Below, in pieces: positions 27,143 to 42,100 of a stretch of 64,000 nucleotides of DNA (its first letter is position 1; the number at the start of each line of letters is the position of its first letter). Both the position numbers and the translations under genes were made by a program. This DNA is from Tubulanus polymorphus (taxonomy: Eukaryota; Animalia; Nemertea). The notes under the pieces were generated by a model, which was given only the letters and a program-made list of their open reading frames with translations, was not told the DNA's origin and searched no databases. The DNA lies in assembly GCF_964204645.1 (NCBI RefSeq), contig NC_134025.1, positions 6,510,001 to 6,574,000 on the forward strand. The letters are read 5' to 3'.

Positions 27143-30100
27143 TCAAAGCTGGTACCATTTCTTCTCTTTATACTTGAGCATGAGCTGGTTTGCGGTACCA
27201 GCAAATGTCTCTGCTGACATCATCATCTGTTGCGTACGTTCTTCTAGCTCGCCGAGCCGTTGACCTCTTTCATCGAGTAACTAGAGATAAATAAGACGTC
27301 AAATGAATACTTGCAAAATCAATATGAAGAATCATTTTCTCCAATAACAATTTACCAGGTATACCCGATACTTACCAGTTTAGTTTTATGGATTTCACTG
27401 ACAACAGCCCCTGCTTGGCCCTGAGCTTGGGACAATCCTGTACCAGCGCTGTACTGAGCAACCCCTTTGGAAGCTTTTCCACTAGATTCACCAACTAAAA
27501 AAAATTAGAACGACAAATCAGAATGTATTCATGATTACCAAAATCAATAAACTTCACGCATCTTGAAAATAAATAGAGGGTAGGTAGATTTGTTTCAAGC
27601 TACTTACACAAGTCTTCTCTGTCTAGAGAATTATTGCCGCCTCCAAATAAATTCTTGAAGAAACCTTGTTTTGGTGCTTCGGGTGTTTCGCAAAGAAGAA
27701 ATAGTTCTCCTAACATTTCCTGTAAATTCTCGCTACAAACACAACAAAACATCTAATCTGTATATCTACACTTAATGTTCACTGATTATAATTCCATTCA
27801 ACTCAAACAATTCGTCATAATCATCCGAACATACACTTACCACAACTCTGCAGATAAGAAAAGCTTTTGTACCTCTGATGGAGAACAGAAATATAACGCA
27901 TGACCATTATTACTGATTGATAAAGTCTTAGCGATTCTGAAATGGAATGGACAATTTGAATTTTCTCTTACTTAACCAACTAACTCAAAATACCGGTAAG
28001 CTGTTTTTTTCAAGATCTTACCTGACATCATTTAGTGGTACTATATCCACATCCATGAGTATTTTTAAACTAGGTAGACTAAATGCCATGATATGACCAT
28101 TTGCAGCATAAACTATCAAACATACACTATCTGTAAACAGAATTCCATTGAAAAGCATACAATTGACACAATTCTTTTTCAAGTCGCTTAAATTATTTTA
28201 AACATCAACTTTTTAGAAGGGCGTACCTTTAATGGAGGCAACTTCAGCTTTCACAACAAATGATGATTCCGTAATTTTCATCTTATAAGCGCACGTTTGT
28301 GAAGGTAATGACATAACTCTAGCCTGTTTCTCAGAGCAGATAACCACAAATTGTCTGTCTATCACTTCAGTTGAAGACGTCGGTGACATCTTCGGTTTAT
28401 TAACAGACATTTGCCCTATAGAAAAAACACACATACAATGTTTTTAGCAAATATTATATTATTATTATTATATCAGCTATACACGTATAGTCGTAAAGAC
28501 TACCTAATCTTAAATCAGAGATTCTTGGGTTGAATTTTTTAGATTTAGGCTGAAAAAATGCTAAGGAGTAGAAATATAGAAGTAACAATAAATAGAAGTG
28601 TAAAAAGCTGAAATGTGCAAACCACATTGTCATGCCAAATGAGAGAGAATTATTTTAAATGTGCAAATATTTCTGAATGGGATGTGAATGAAGCGAATCA
28701 GTAAATACATTGACAAGGTTATCATCTCTATTCAATATTTAACTGCACCATCATAAAGAAAGTCAACTAAACAAATCCTAGAAGATTTAAAAGTTGAAAC
28801 AAGTTTTTAAATCATAATTGGGTCAAGCAACAACCTTATAATTTCACCATTCACTTTGTGAACCAAAAACTCACTACACAAATTTTAAATGCCTAGACGT
28901 TGTGATGATGTATAAGGTAAAATGCCAAGTCCCAAGTTGTCAGCTTTATCTCTGTATTGCCCTCAAAGTGTTTAGCCAAAGTCTTTTTAATGTAATTTCA
29001 ATGTTATTTCAATGACTCAACAAATCGGCAAATCAAATTTTGAACGAATCATTATAGAAAGTCAGGCTGTCAAACATTTACTTGTAGATGGAATACAAAG
29101 ACTAAGCAACTGACAAGAATGTGAATGGGTTTCATGCACACATCTAAATAGAACCGTTTATAATGAGTATTCAGCCAGACAGATGGCGCTCTGTCGTGTG
29201 TGCATTCAACTCATCGCACAATATATCCAGGATCTCTTACTGTATTGTAACATACTTGAAGCCTTATCACGCCTGCTCATTTCACGTGCATCATTCCACT
29301 GTTCGGAAACATTTGGAATCAATACTCCATTACAATCGAGGAATGACATGGTCATTATAGCTCCTTTCAGTCGGAATATTGTGCCTGAAAGTACAAGAAA
29401 AAATTTCATATAGACTGCATAGTTAGGATCATTCCCTGTATGATGCACTAACATATTTTGAACATTCTAGAAGGCCGAAGAACAAAGGCTCAGTTCCACA
29501 CTTAAGTTAGATTATCAGTTTGATGTCAACTTACCACTAGGAGATACAATTACAGGTTCTTTAGTTCTCGATTCTGGGGATTGGGGTAGTTGCAGTACTA
29601 TCACGATAACTGACCCTAGACTAGTACCAACCCACAAGCATGGCTGCGTAAATGCATCTAAAATAAAAATATATTGTATAATCTAAGAAATCAAAGGGGC
29701 CCAGTGGGCTTATTTATTGTATGAAAAATTTGTAAGGTTAAAAAGTGGGTCCTTTTTTAAGTCTACAATGAAGAATTGACCTCAGAAATCAAACTTAAGG
29801 CTAAGAAAAATTGATACCCGTTTCTAATTTCTGCTGACCCAGCTGGCTGCCTATACAACCTGTACATTATCCTTTTTATATCATAATCATGCTATCAATA
29901 ACAGACCCAATAGCTGTAGAAATGAAATTATTACAAATTTTATTGCAGTTTACAAAAGTGAGCTGGCCCATCAGGAGAAACAAGGTATCATTTTTTAGCC
30001 TAATTGTCAAAGATGTAAAAATTCTTAATATACCAGTTTTCCTTGTATATGAATCCGCGAATACTAAACACTGAATTGCCTCCTTAGATATATTCTCCAG

Positions 30101-33100
30101 ACTCGACATACTAGAACTACGCGACCGAGAAAATGAACCATCATTCTTATCTGTAATAAATGTATGCGAAAGAAACATCAATACAAATTACCATACAACA
30201 TATATACATTAGCAAATATTTATCTTTGAACAACAATCTAACAACATTTAGATTTGTAAATTAATGAAATCCTAAATTTATATCATGAAGAAAAAATCAA
30301 GAAAGAAACTAAATCGTAACTACATTCATTACGACGGATATTCCGAGTGTGAAAAATGTTTTAGGAACAATTTCAAAATTTTGTGCGAGAATATCACATT
30401 AAGATGATATAGAGTAGAATAGCAGTGACAGAAGGTATATGCAGGAGTTAAAGGAGTCAAAGTAGAGATCGATTGCTTAAAATATGGTTGAGCGTTTAAG
30501 CACCATGGATCAGCAACATGAGAAAAAAAATTAAATTCAACCACGAGATCCCTTGCAGGAAGCTTTGAAGCTTAACATATAAATGATATGGACGAGACGA
30601 AGACTGAAGTTTACTGCGAGGGATCAAGGAGTTAAACTAATCACGTAAATTGAGAGTTCACTGAAAAGAAGAGGTTTTCTTGAAATACATAAGCGACCTC
30701 CATTTTTTCGGAAAATCTTTGCACGATTATTTTACCGGTACATATATACACTCACACACGGCCTGCAGAGAATAAGGTGTGATAGGAGGGCACTGCAAAC
30801 ACTGCATTAATACAGGCAAGAAAAAAAACAGAGATCTGATTAAAAAAAGTCTATACTAGATTCTATGCAGCTAAACCATGCCAACCCATGAATCCCTCGA
30901 TATCTCCGATTTCAGCATCTTTGGTTTACAGCATGGTGGGAGAACGTACAGAACATACAAATTGCCCTTTATGTGCATGGTGAAAACACGAAAACATCCT
31001 TACTTCATCATTATCACCAGTAAACATTTTCTCGATATTCTGTACAGAATAAACGTTCGATAAATTTCAAGTCTCATGACTTGTACTCATATTTCTTTCT
31101 AGAATACATATTAAAATAACCAGTACTGACATGATTAGGTGCCATAGTAAATGTATTTATTGATCCTTCTTTAAGTGCCGAATACAAGAAGAGCTAGGCT
31201 ACAAAAATCTCAATAACAACCAAGTTTCTCTAATGATAAGATACTATTCGACTGAATGTTAAAAGAAGGAAAAGTCAAAAGAGTCCACGAATTACAGATG
31301 GGGAACAACTAAAGCTAGGATGGGAAAACATCACAAAGGACGGAGGGAAGGGTAAGATATTTACACAACCGTCGACAAAAAATTCAATATTTTGATTTCT
31401 TTTTAAATCAATATATACATCAATAGGTACTTAAATAAATATTCTTTATTTGTATCGACCCCGTCACCAACATTTCAGACAAATGTTCAAAACAAAGTAT
31501 ATATATATATATAGATATATACAAATGCAAATATAAATTGACAGATTGTGCCTGGTCGTGCATTATGTGACCCTACTACATTTAATACTCTACCGCCCCC
31601 TATAAACGGAGGGACAGTACCAAACTATAGGGGCGCCAGTGACCTGCCTGTAATTTCTGGTGTAATTGGTGATAGTTTTTGACCTCGGTTGTTCTTGTGG
31701 CGTGCGTACCACAGCCTGAATACCTTACGCACTACGGCACTGTTGAGTACGTCATCCCCGCAAGGTGAGGGTTCGGGGTCAGAGTCGCCTGTAGTGTGAA
31801 TAAAAATCGTAAGCATGTGATTGGTAGGAAAAGAAAGGACACATGAAAGACATCATCCACACTTACCATGGCACATTTTAAACCATAATTCTATAAAGAG
31901 TTACTAGCCATTGTAAGTGCAGATGGTAAGAGACAGGAGTAAAAGGTGTGAAAAAATAAAGGACGAATTAAAAGCCAGGAAATAGGTAAATGTTAGTTCT
32001 CTTTCTTTTCTGGCTCAAAGATATTTTTACACATAATGTAATGCGCAATTCAATAGAATTTTTTTAAGCCAAAATCTTCATATTATCAAATCATTAATGG
32101 AAAGGACATCTCTATTTATTCAAAGAACTATAAGAAGATTTACTATTAAGTAATTTTTCATCATAATTTTTGGATTAAATCCGATCAATAAATCATAATC
32201 CTAATCAAATTTCTTATATTCAACAACTAGTACCAAACGATTATTGTTCTTGTGTCAATTAAACAATTAGTTCAATCTCCCACCAAACATGTCATGAGTT
32301 CATACAATAAAACCAGAGACTCATGTACGATTTCCCATCACTTATCTCTTAATCTAACGCAACAAGTCAGTAACCAGGGCAACCAGTTAACAATGACCAT
32401 TCGAAGATGAAAGCATGCAACATCGAAGATTAGAAAGGAAGAGATCGGAAATATTCAGCCGTTTGGAAATCCTTTTTGAACATAAAAAATCTGAGCAAAG
32501 AAAGCAGACGCCTGCTCAGAGGCACTGGCACGAGCAAGGTTATCTGAGCAAAGAAAGCAGACGCCTGCTCAGAGGCACTGGCACGAGCAAGGTTATCGAC
32601 ATAAACGGACTAAAATCATGGAACTTTGTCAGAGAAATAATCCGGGCGAGATATCCGGTTACTGACTGGTTGCCGGTGAATTACACACATACAAAGCCAC
32701 TAACATTGAAAAGCACAAATCACATCATCATCGGTCAGTTTCCTTTTTTTTCTACTAATCATTGCTGTTTACGTAGCAAATGTAGCCATAGCACCACAAA
32801 TACACCCATGTATTCTCAGGATACATGCTACATACAGAGAAATATCAACCATCCAAATAATAATGTTGACCTAAGCTTAATATAATTCATTCTTTGTTAC
32901 AACTCATGTCATCAGATCCATCCTATCAATTTGTTAATCGTTTCATGACCAGTTCATGATCAATAATGCGAGTATTCCGATGAAGATTTAGAGTGATCAG
33001 TGATTATAGCAAAGCTGTAATTGTGTTTAGTAAATATAGATGTAAGTCTACATGTCACGTGCTGTTTATGAGAATCAGAGACACCATGACCAAAATTATT

Positions 33101-36100
33101 CAAACATTATAAGTAAACTCCACTTATGAAACAATCAATCATTTTTTTCATGCTTTTTTCAATGCACATAGTCAATCAGAAACAAGTACATAAAAGAAGG
33201 AGGTTGAATATTTACATTCCAATTTCATGAGAGCAATGTCTACTATGATTGGTCTGTGATGTTCCCATTCCCAATAATGATGAATCTTTCTTACATGTAG
33301 ATATATATATTGAAACTATACTGACACTAAAAGCCATGTGAATCCTACTAAATACATTCATCCAATATATTCTACTGATATCATAATAGTAACCTCTAAC
33401 AGCAGTCCATCCTTCTATAATTCAATTCGATCGATTGAATAAGACCTATCCTATGGCATAGTCATTATCTAATCTGAAGACATGAATTAAATCATGATCG
33501 ATAATGCAGCATCAGTCCTGTCTTTACTTATGTATTTCAGATTTCATAAAAAAGCAAAATCAATGTATTCGGTACAGTAGCTATCTACTGGATGCACCCA
33601 TGTATTGTTTAACAACATTGCGAGGGTGATATCAATATATTTCCTCCTTGCTTTGGTAATGTTAGTGGAAATAATAGGGAATGATCAGAGGTATTAACAA
33701 AATGATAGAGAAATAGGGTAAATAAAGTTAATATCGTCATTTTCACATGAGAAGGTTGCAGTGTTTCACATGGTAAAATCACTTCTGTTTATATACAAGA
33801 TATCTCAAGATGGTGGTGACTTTTTTCAAACAAATGGTTTGATGGACTCGACGCATACAAATGCTGCCAGCCTCGTAGCGAGCGCAATCACAAATGTCTT
33901 TAGAAGATGGACACCTAAGAACTACTGTTTATAAATACATGTATCTGTCACCTGCTTATACTTTTATAAATATACATTAATCATATATACATGACAGATT
34001 TCATAAATCCATTCAGTTTAGGCAAATTCAGTTTATGAAACATGTCTTTTATTCTTTGATCGAAACCGTTGAAAACAAGTGAGCACTAAGGAGTTGATCA
34101 CAGCTCAAACACAGTCGAGACTATAGCTGACAATATATTTGGGATACAGTGAATTTGATAAGTTTTCTACTAGTTTCGACAAAGATAAAGAGTTTCTGTA
34201 TATCGGAAGTTTAAACGTTTGAAAGTCTTTGTTTTCCTTGTTGATTTAGTTTATACAGAAACCCTAAAAAATACATACATAATATCTCATTCATTTCATC
34301 AAACAAACGCAAGGCCATCTTCACTACAGCCTCATTCATTGCTACCAACAGATGTCAGGTTACATTCTTTCCCGAGACGGATTTTGCTAAATATTCTTAA
34401 GAGAGAATATTAACGAGAAGCCTATCATTTTAAGAGGTAGCCTCGCTGTAAACAGGGACGTTCCTGCGTTTGAATATAGAGTGAAGTGAACCCAAATAGT
34501 AGAAATGCCAGTTCTAAATACTAGTGCACACATTGAGAACGATTTTAACAGTAAATCTTGAATACCAGTGGGTGATACAATGATACTAGGGTACGCCCAC
34601 GGTCCCAGCGTAGTCGGAATGTCTGAGAGAAAGAAGAGACAATTTCTTCAATACCAACAGCATGCGTCATCATTCAAATACATCATCATACCAAATTCAA
34701 CATGGTAGGAATTATGTTTCTAAATAACAGATTGTTTTAGATTCATAATGAACTACAGTAGACTCCGGTTAAGTCACATTTCATGGAACCATGAAAATCT
34801 ATCTGACTTGGGAGTGATATCCGAGTTAGAAGATACATATTTCAAAAATATTCAACACATAATATCACAAATCATGAGCAAATCTGACATGAGCAGAGTC
34901 TACTGCACAATCGTACTAAAACTTTTTATCCAGTTTCAAAATATTCTATGAAATCTATTATTTAGATACATATATCAAGACCACCAATTGTTATTTCATC
35001 ACAATATTAAACTCATATCTGTGGATTACACACACGTTTTTGTGTGAACATTAGTCGATCATATATTGTTAACTGGAGGGTAAAACATAGGTGCATGTAT
35101 ATATCACTAACATTTCACTTTCGTTCCACTAGAGGGCGCTAACAATACAACTCCAGGGTTGTCAATTGAGATGCTAGTAAAACGTGTATTGATGATTTAG
35201 CTTAGCCATCATTAATTCAAGTACAAACCCTGGAGTGGATCATGCACTCTGTAGAACAATCATTAACTAGTCTGTACAAATAGAAACAATCATCTCAATG
35301 ACGACCTTCGTCTTTCGAAGAGGTCAAAAAAATGTTTCCTTATTTACTATTGACTTCGACTCGATAACTGTTCTACAGTATACATATAAAGAACAGAAAG
35401 AGAGTACTTGAACCTGGAGTGACTGAAGTCAGCACTGTGGCTTTAAACAGCACAAAGAAAGAAGAAATAAAGTTAACTACGTGATTATGAAACAGAAAAA
35501 GAAAATACAAGTAGTTTCATGACTAATATGTAATTCAAAAGCCGGCTTATTCTTATCCGTGTGCTACATCAGAAATGAAGTGTATGTAAATTAACTAACC
35601 ATAGAAACTTTCACTAGAAAATGCTAAACTATTCAAAACTGGCTGAAACCCAGACTTTTTTCAAATACTGGATTAGTGCAGCTCATGCTTAAAATCTCTG
35701 ACAAAAGGTGATTAAACATGTTATTGAAAGCACAGCATCAAATACATGTAGTATAATAAGTCGGGAGTGTCCTACAAACACAGAACATACTGTCATACCT
35801 ACTACCAAGTGAAATCTTACCGATAAATTGTAACTTTTGAAAAATACCTTATCAAAAAGCATAAGTGATCACTTCACAGGCTAAACTGGCCGACAAATTT
35901 ATCATACAGTATATATGAATCTCACTGAAGCGGACTAAAATTTACGGTACTACTGTGATCAATTTATAGAAATATACTCGTAAAAATAAGCAAATATCAC
36001 CAAACATAATGATGACCAGCAATACACATCAGCGTGGAAACCTGTGACCATTTTACATCAGGAATGGGATGGGACAAACATTGGCGATATTCTAGAGATC

Positions 36101-39100
36101 AATCCAATGCAGGCACGACGATATTGATATACGTTGAAAATTTGATAAAAGGCAGCTTCCAAAAAATCCCCATGATATCGATTGCCAAACTTCTGATTGA
36201 TTGCGGAATAGTTTCGGGAAAAAGTTATTATCAGTGATATCATAAAGGGACTTATAGATGCAACCATCTTTTTCAGTCGAGTCTATATCAACAGATCAAA
36301 AATTTTGAAACAGAACTGATTGCTCCGTCATGTATGCAGAGGGTCTTGAACATATAGATAGAAACACAGCAAACAGAGAGGAATTTTGAAAGTAGTGAAC
36401 AGCAACATGCATTAAGATATGAACGGAGAGTCGACTAACAAGGATCAATCCTTTATCATCGTTGTATATGATAGCTTAGCCCCTCAAACAGTTCGCAATT
36501 TCTGAATATCTCGTATATAAATGTATATCATCAGTTTGAGAGGTTAAGCGTCGGAGACAAATCTCTTCCTAGAATGATAGTTGAGAATACAAGACGAACA
36601 GTATAGAGGAGAACAAGGGTGGAATAGGTTCCGCATTGATCAAATCTTCAAAGAATATAGTTTGGTTTGTTTAATTGCGTAAGACATAAAAACTATGTTT
36701 AATATAGAGTGCTAAAAAATTATAGCCAAAATAATATAATAACTTTGCATCTAATCAAACTATACAAAATTATCATTTTCTAATACTATATCTACATATA
36801 TAGAAAATATCAGAAATATGTAGCATTAAAAAATCTTCCCAAGGAGTGGAACTTTACTACTAACTCTGTTGACAGCCTCTTCAAACATATATATATATAT
36901 ATATATATATATGGCCTCAGCCAGATTTCATCAGAAGATAGCCAACGTAGAAATCAATTTTCAAGTTGTCCAATAGCAGCTGAGCCATTGGCTATGAAAA
37001 TCGTTTTGTGATAGTAAAAAAAAACCTGATATGGGATTGAGTTATGCTTGTTTCAGGCCTTAAATATCATCCAACTAGCAACATAAAATGAAGAACTATA
37101 GAATAGACAAGATGATATGGGATATAAGATCATCAAATCAATAGAACTCTCTGAAGGACAGACAGTCAATTATGCAAAGAATTATAGATTAACAAAGAAA
37201 GCAAGCAAGCCGCACAAAATGAAAATATTCAAAAGTAAACGACAACATAACAGGTCAGCTAAGTGAAGAGTGAAATGAGGGTCTACATCTGTAAATTGAA
37301 ATCGCTTCAATTAAATACTATGATGAAAATCATGCAAAAAGCTAAAACACGAGATATACCACTGGCATACATCAATCTTAGTAGCATTGATTTCTGAAAA
37401 AAAACCAATGATGTGCAGTCATTCTAGCTCAGAGGGATTTGAACCTACTGAGGTTAAATAGAATTCAGACTCAGAACTGCCCGCGTTACACAGCTATTTA
37501 CACACACCCCCATTCTACGTTGAGGTATGCCAGTAGACAAAACATAACAAAACAGAAATAAGAAAGCCATTTAAAAATAACTGAGACAAACCGTCTTATA
37601 TATGACATGTCCATAAAAACATCTTATTCATCAAGAAGTTTAATATAACTATCAATTTTACTGAACAGTGTGGTATATCTTCCGATGGAGCATTTTAAAA
37701 ATAAATTTTGTATGCAGTTTTCAACTCTGTTATAATCTCTGGAAACTGTTTACAGTGTTTAGATTAACTAGATATTGAATAACTGAAACATTTTTTGAGA
37801 TTTTCAATGTAAAAATCAAACAACGGAATGATTATTCATATATATAAATACATGTATAGAAGTATATAAAAAAGAACTTTAAAGTATTGCAAAAGAATTA
37901 AGTTAAGATGTGACAAGTATAAAGATTGTTCAAAGCAATCAATGAGAGAATAAAAAAGGTTTTTCGATATTTTAGAGTAGTTTCGACTTTGAGTAGTTGC
38001 ACCCGCACACTAGACATAAAATCATAGCTGAGTGGAGACTCGGGTATATAAGCGCGGATGATTGAAGTTCACAGATAGAACATATTGAGATATACATATA
38101 TAAAATCCAATAGGCTCTAGTCAAACACTCAATCATAATATTCTACTTTATGAAATACGAACTGTTGAATTAAGATTTTCATTAAGTATATTCTAACATT
38201 GAATTAATCATTTATACGCATGCACTGAAACAAAATCATTATCTTAACGAGAATTAAAATTAACATTTATCAATCGACCGGTATCTATCAATTCTAGATT
38301 AAATGATTTATGTTATTGAGTGCCTGACGAGAGATGAAGAGACTAAAATCACTAAAACGATTTATTCGTTATTTTTTTTTACCGCATGAACTTTGCTCAC
38401 AGATGGACATGTTACATATAGACGTCTATATAAAAAGAAAAACAGAACAACTAATGTCATAATAATGATAATAATAAGGCTATTTTGTTTTCCACCTCCA
38501 CCGTTGGACTCCTCCACAGACGCTGTACTTTGGGCTTTCTGGATTTTACGGGTACCTTGGGAGATTGCCCGCCTTAGTTCAGGTGGATGCTGCGGTTTGT
38601 TGCGTTGTTTCGCGTTTGTGGGACTCAAACAAACCCCGTTCATCTTTGGTAGTAGAGTAAGAGAATAAAAAACAAAAACGGGAAAACAAAGATTAGTTTT
38701 AACAAGCTTAAAATAGTCAAACGATCGTTTGTGAACAAACTGCTCGCTACAGTTCACACAGTTTATCAGTTCGTACAACTAGCATACATGCACTATACTA
38801 GTCTCCTTTTAGGCAATCTTTCGAACCGCCTCAGAGGTCCACTTCTAAATTGATACAACCGTTCAGAACATAATTCTGGGTTTTTCTAGGCTAAAAGACC
38901 ACCTAATTCGGTATAAATCATCCAAGGAAACCACTAGTATTTACGAAAATCGTTGGCAAGAAATTGACTGTTAATCAACAACCAGAATATTCTTCGAAAA
39001 AGTAAAATGTAGCGTGTAACAGTACCAGTATCGAGTTCATTGGATTATTCATATCTGATAAACTGTGTGTACAATACCTACTGTAGTGATTAGATATACA

Positions 39101-42100
39101 ATATACATTATACAGTGGTGTGTATATGTATGTATAATATATATGTATGTATGTATATATACTATATATATAATATATATGTATATCTACTTATGCGTTA
39201 CCATTGGTTCGGACATTCGGTATACCAACACCACCACCAACACCGCATAACTGGTGTTGGTGCAGTCCATGATTAAGCGCCATCTATTATATCAAAGAAT
39301 GAAAATGTTAACTGCAAATCAGCAAAGGATGAAAACAAATAATGCAACGAAACGATTGCCATCCTTCTCTGCTTCGAACTGCATCACTTCTTCCTAAGAT
39401 AATCAGCTAATCGGTGGTATCTAAAAACCAGCTAAATCAGATCAGTTAGTAATAACTACATGCAGCACGCAGCTCGTACATGCTATGACATGCTGAACTC
39501 TTCTTTAACGCGCCTACAAACAGCAACAAGTCGACCTATAAATGAAACGACATTGCTGAAAATTAAACCCCAATTGATTCCATCCATGGTGCATTTTACT
39601 CATGTTCCATCATGCATGTAGAAATAGGGTATACAAATACATATGTATATAAGAAACTTAAGCAACCTCAACCGTGTTAAAGAAGTATAGGGAGGGATGG
39701 CGAGTGGTTTACATACCAGATCCGACGGAAACCCTGGGAATGTGAATCTTCTTATGAGGCGGTTTTTCACCGACGTCGTCGCCACTAACGTCGATCACTT
39801 CAACCATTTGACGACGTTTGCAACTACTGCTACGACTTAGACTAGAATTCAGACTAGAACTGAAACTCGAATTCAAATTCAGACCCAGATTCAGAAATTT
39901 GCGCTCGATATCGTCACTGGTCGCCATCTCGTTCGGCGTTGAATGGCGTTTGCTTCGAGTCGTGAAATGATCCTTAACTTTGCGGCTCAATTGTCGAGCG
40001 AAGCTCGGTTTTTTCGAATTATCCTCGCCCGTTTCGGGGCATTCCTTATTAATATTCAACTCAAGATCGTCGCCGACATCGACGCGATGGTGGTTTCTAG
40101 ACTTATGCGTTTGATCGGACAATGTTCGCGTGACGTCCTTTTTTTTCAATTCTTTGAAATCCTTTTCCGAAAGCGAGAACGGTCTCTGATTGAGCGTAAC
40201 CTCATCTCGAACGACGCACTTGTCGTACGACGAAAATCGTTTCGTCACGCATTTATCGTCGCCCGTGATATGTTCCAGCGATGATCGATGATCGATCGAA
40301 CCATTCAGAAAGAACTCGCCCGATTTCGTCGGACTCAAATTCGGATGCGATGCCGACAGCGGTAAATGATTCGGCGGTCGTAATAAACAATCGTCATCGG
40401 CATCGACCGCTTTTATCGGTGGAGATGGCGTTTTTGTGATTTCTTTTATAATTTCAAGCGTCGGGGTGGCAGCACCCGCGGATAGATTTCGTTTAGTCCT
40501 AGGTGGCGCAACAGGGGCAGAATTCTGCAAACAAACAACATAATATAACAACATTTACCTAACACTATTGAATTATACGCGAGGACTGAAATAAAACATT
40601 TTCTAGGGGTTGAAAGAAATTATCTACTCCTAAATCTTTGGACTGAACTAAACTCAACATTTTCATGGTCAATCAGCTAGAAATATCTTTGCAAATAAAC
40701 TATTATGCGAATTTTGACTAATGCTATCTATCATCATGATATTCCTGTCATTTTTCTATATCTAACTTTTTAATCTAACTAAAACCATGACCTAAAAGCC
40801 TGAAAATAACATGCACACATCATGCATAACAAAAAGTACAATAACACAGAACATTATGATTAGCAAATACATGTACTTAAGAAGTTACCAGCAACATGCA
40901 CTTAACACATCGTGTATTATTATCAGAGTGCGTTAAAATATAGAAACAAAGGTGCGAAAAACCGACGAAATTTAATGGAATTTGTAAATAAAGATAATGG
41001 TTACATAAATGCAAATGATGGTTATTACCCCTGGAGGCGATTAACAATTGAAATCTCGGTATGTTTACATGAATGAAGAATCTAGGAGTATAGGCCAGAA
41101 ATGTCAAGAATTGTAAGTATTTTTTCATTCCAATATCTCCCTTTTGTCTTTTGATCCATTGAAATCACCATTCTCATGCATGGAAAGAAACTGATTACAC
41201 GTTTATAAAAGACAATTTTTTAAAGTTCAGTCCGCCTAGCTTAAGCAGATTGTGGTCATAATTTCAAGGTACCAACCCCAGATATAGCATAAAACATGAA
41301 ATACCTATCAAGAGGAGAAAACTACAAATAGATTAGTAATATTAGATGCATAGAGGCATCACAATACAGTTCTGAAATGTAATGAACTGTATTGATGATC
41401 CGGACATTAAAGAAAACAATCAGGTCAATTTTAGAAATTCCTGTCAAGACAAAATGACATGTTTGTGTTAAAAGAGCCTGTCACATTGTTAAACAACATA
41501 TTCCGACAACTTGCCGTTCGAAGACCGATTAATTCATGGCTTATAAATACCAGAATCTATATCTGAGAATAATTGTATAAGAAAATGAATTTAACAGTGT
41601 GACAGAGTGCACGCAATTAATACATATTCGAACAAGGCCTTTTAGTAGATAGATTGTAGTTATAAAGCAAGCTGAGTGCTTATATCCCACCTAATGGCCA
41701 CCAAAACAATCAAATGAAAAGATTTGTATTAATAGGAAATATGATATGCGACGTTTTGATCCATTGTGCAACCTTGAATTCAGTGTTTCTTTATGTATAT
41801 GGAAGCATTAAACCTAATTTTCTGATAGAAGCCCCAAAATGTGAAATGTGAAAATTTACGCATTTCGTTCGTTTGATAACACGCTGAATCAAATATCGAA
41901 TATGGTCCAAAACGGCCTTTATGGTCGGGCATTTTATTTCGGTAAACTGAAATTGAAAATCAATGTCACGTTGTTGTTGTTTTGGTAGCGGAAAATGATA
42001 GAAACAGTAGTATAGACAGCAGCCTGTAGATGGCATTAGTGTTGAGGGGTCGGTTACCTGCGTATTGGAGAAATCAAATACTTGATCCTGGAAGGAAATA

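Noticed and set aside
32415-32885. 156 aa plus-strand ORF
   Set aside because: Spans the 53 bp duplication, is antisense within an intron and has no recognisable motifs.
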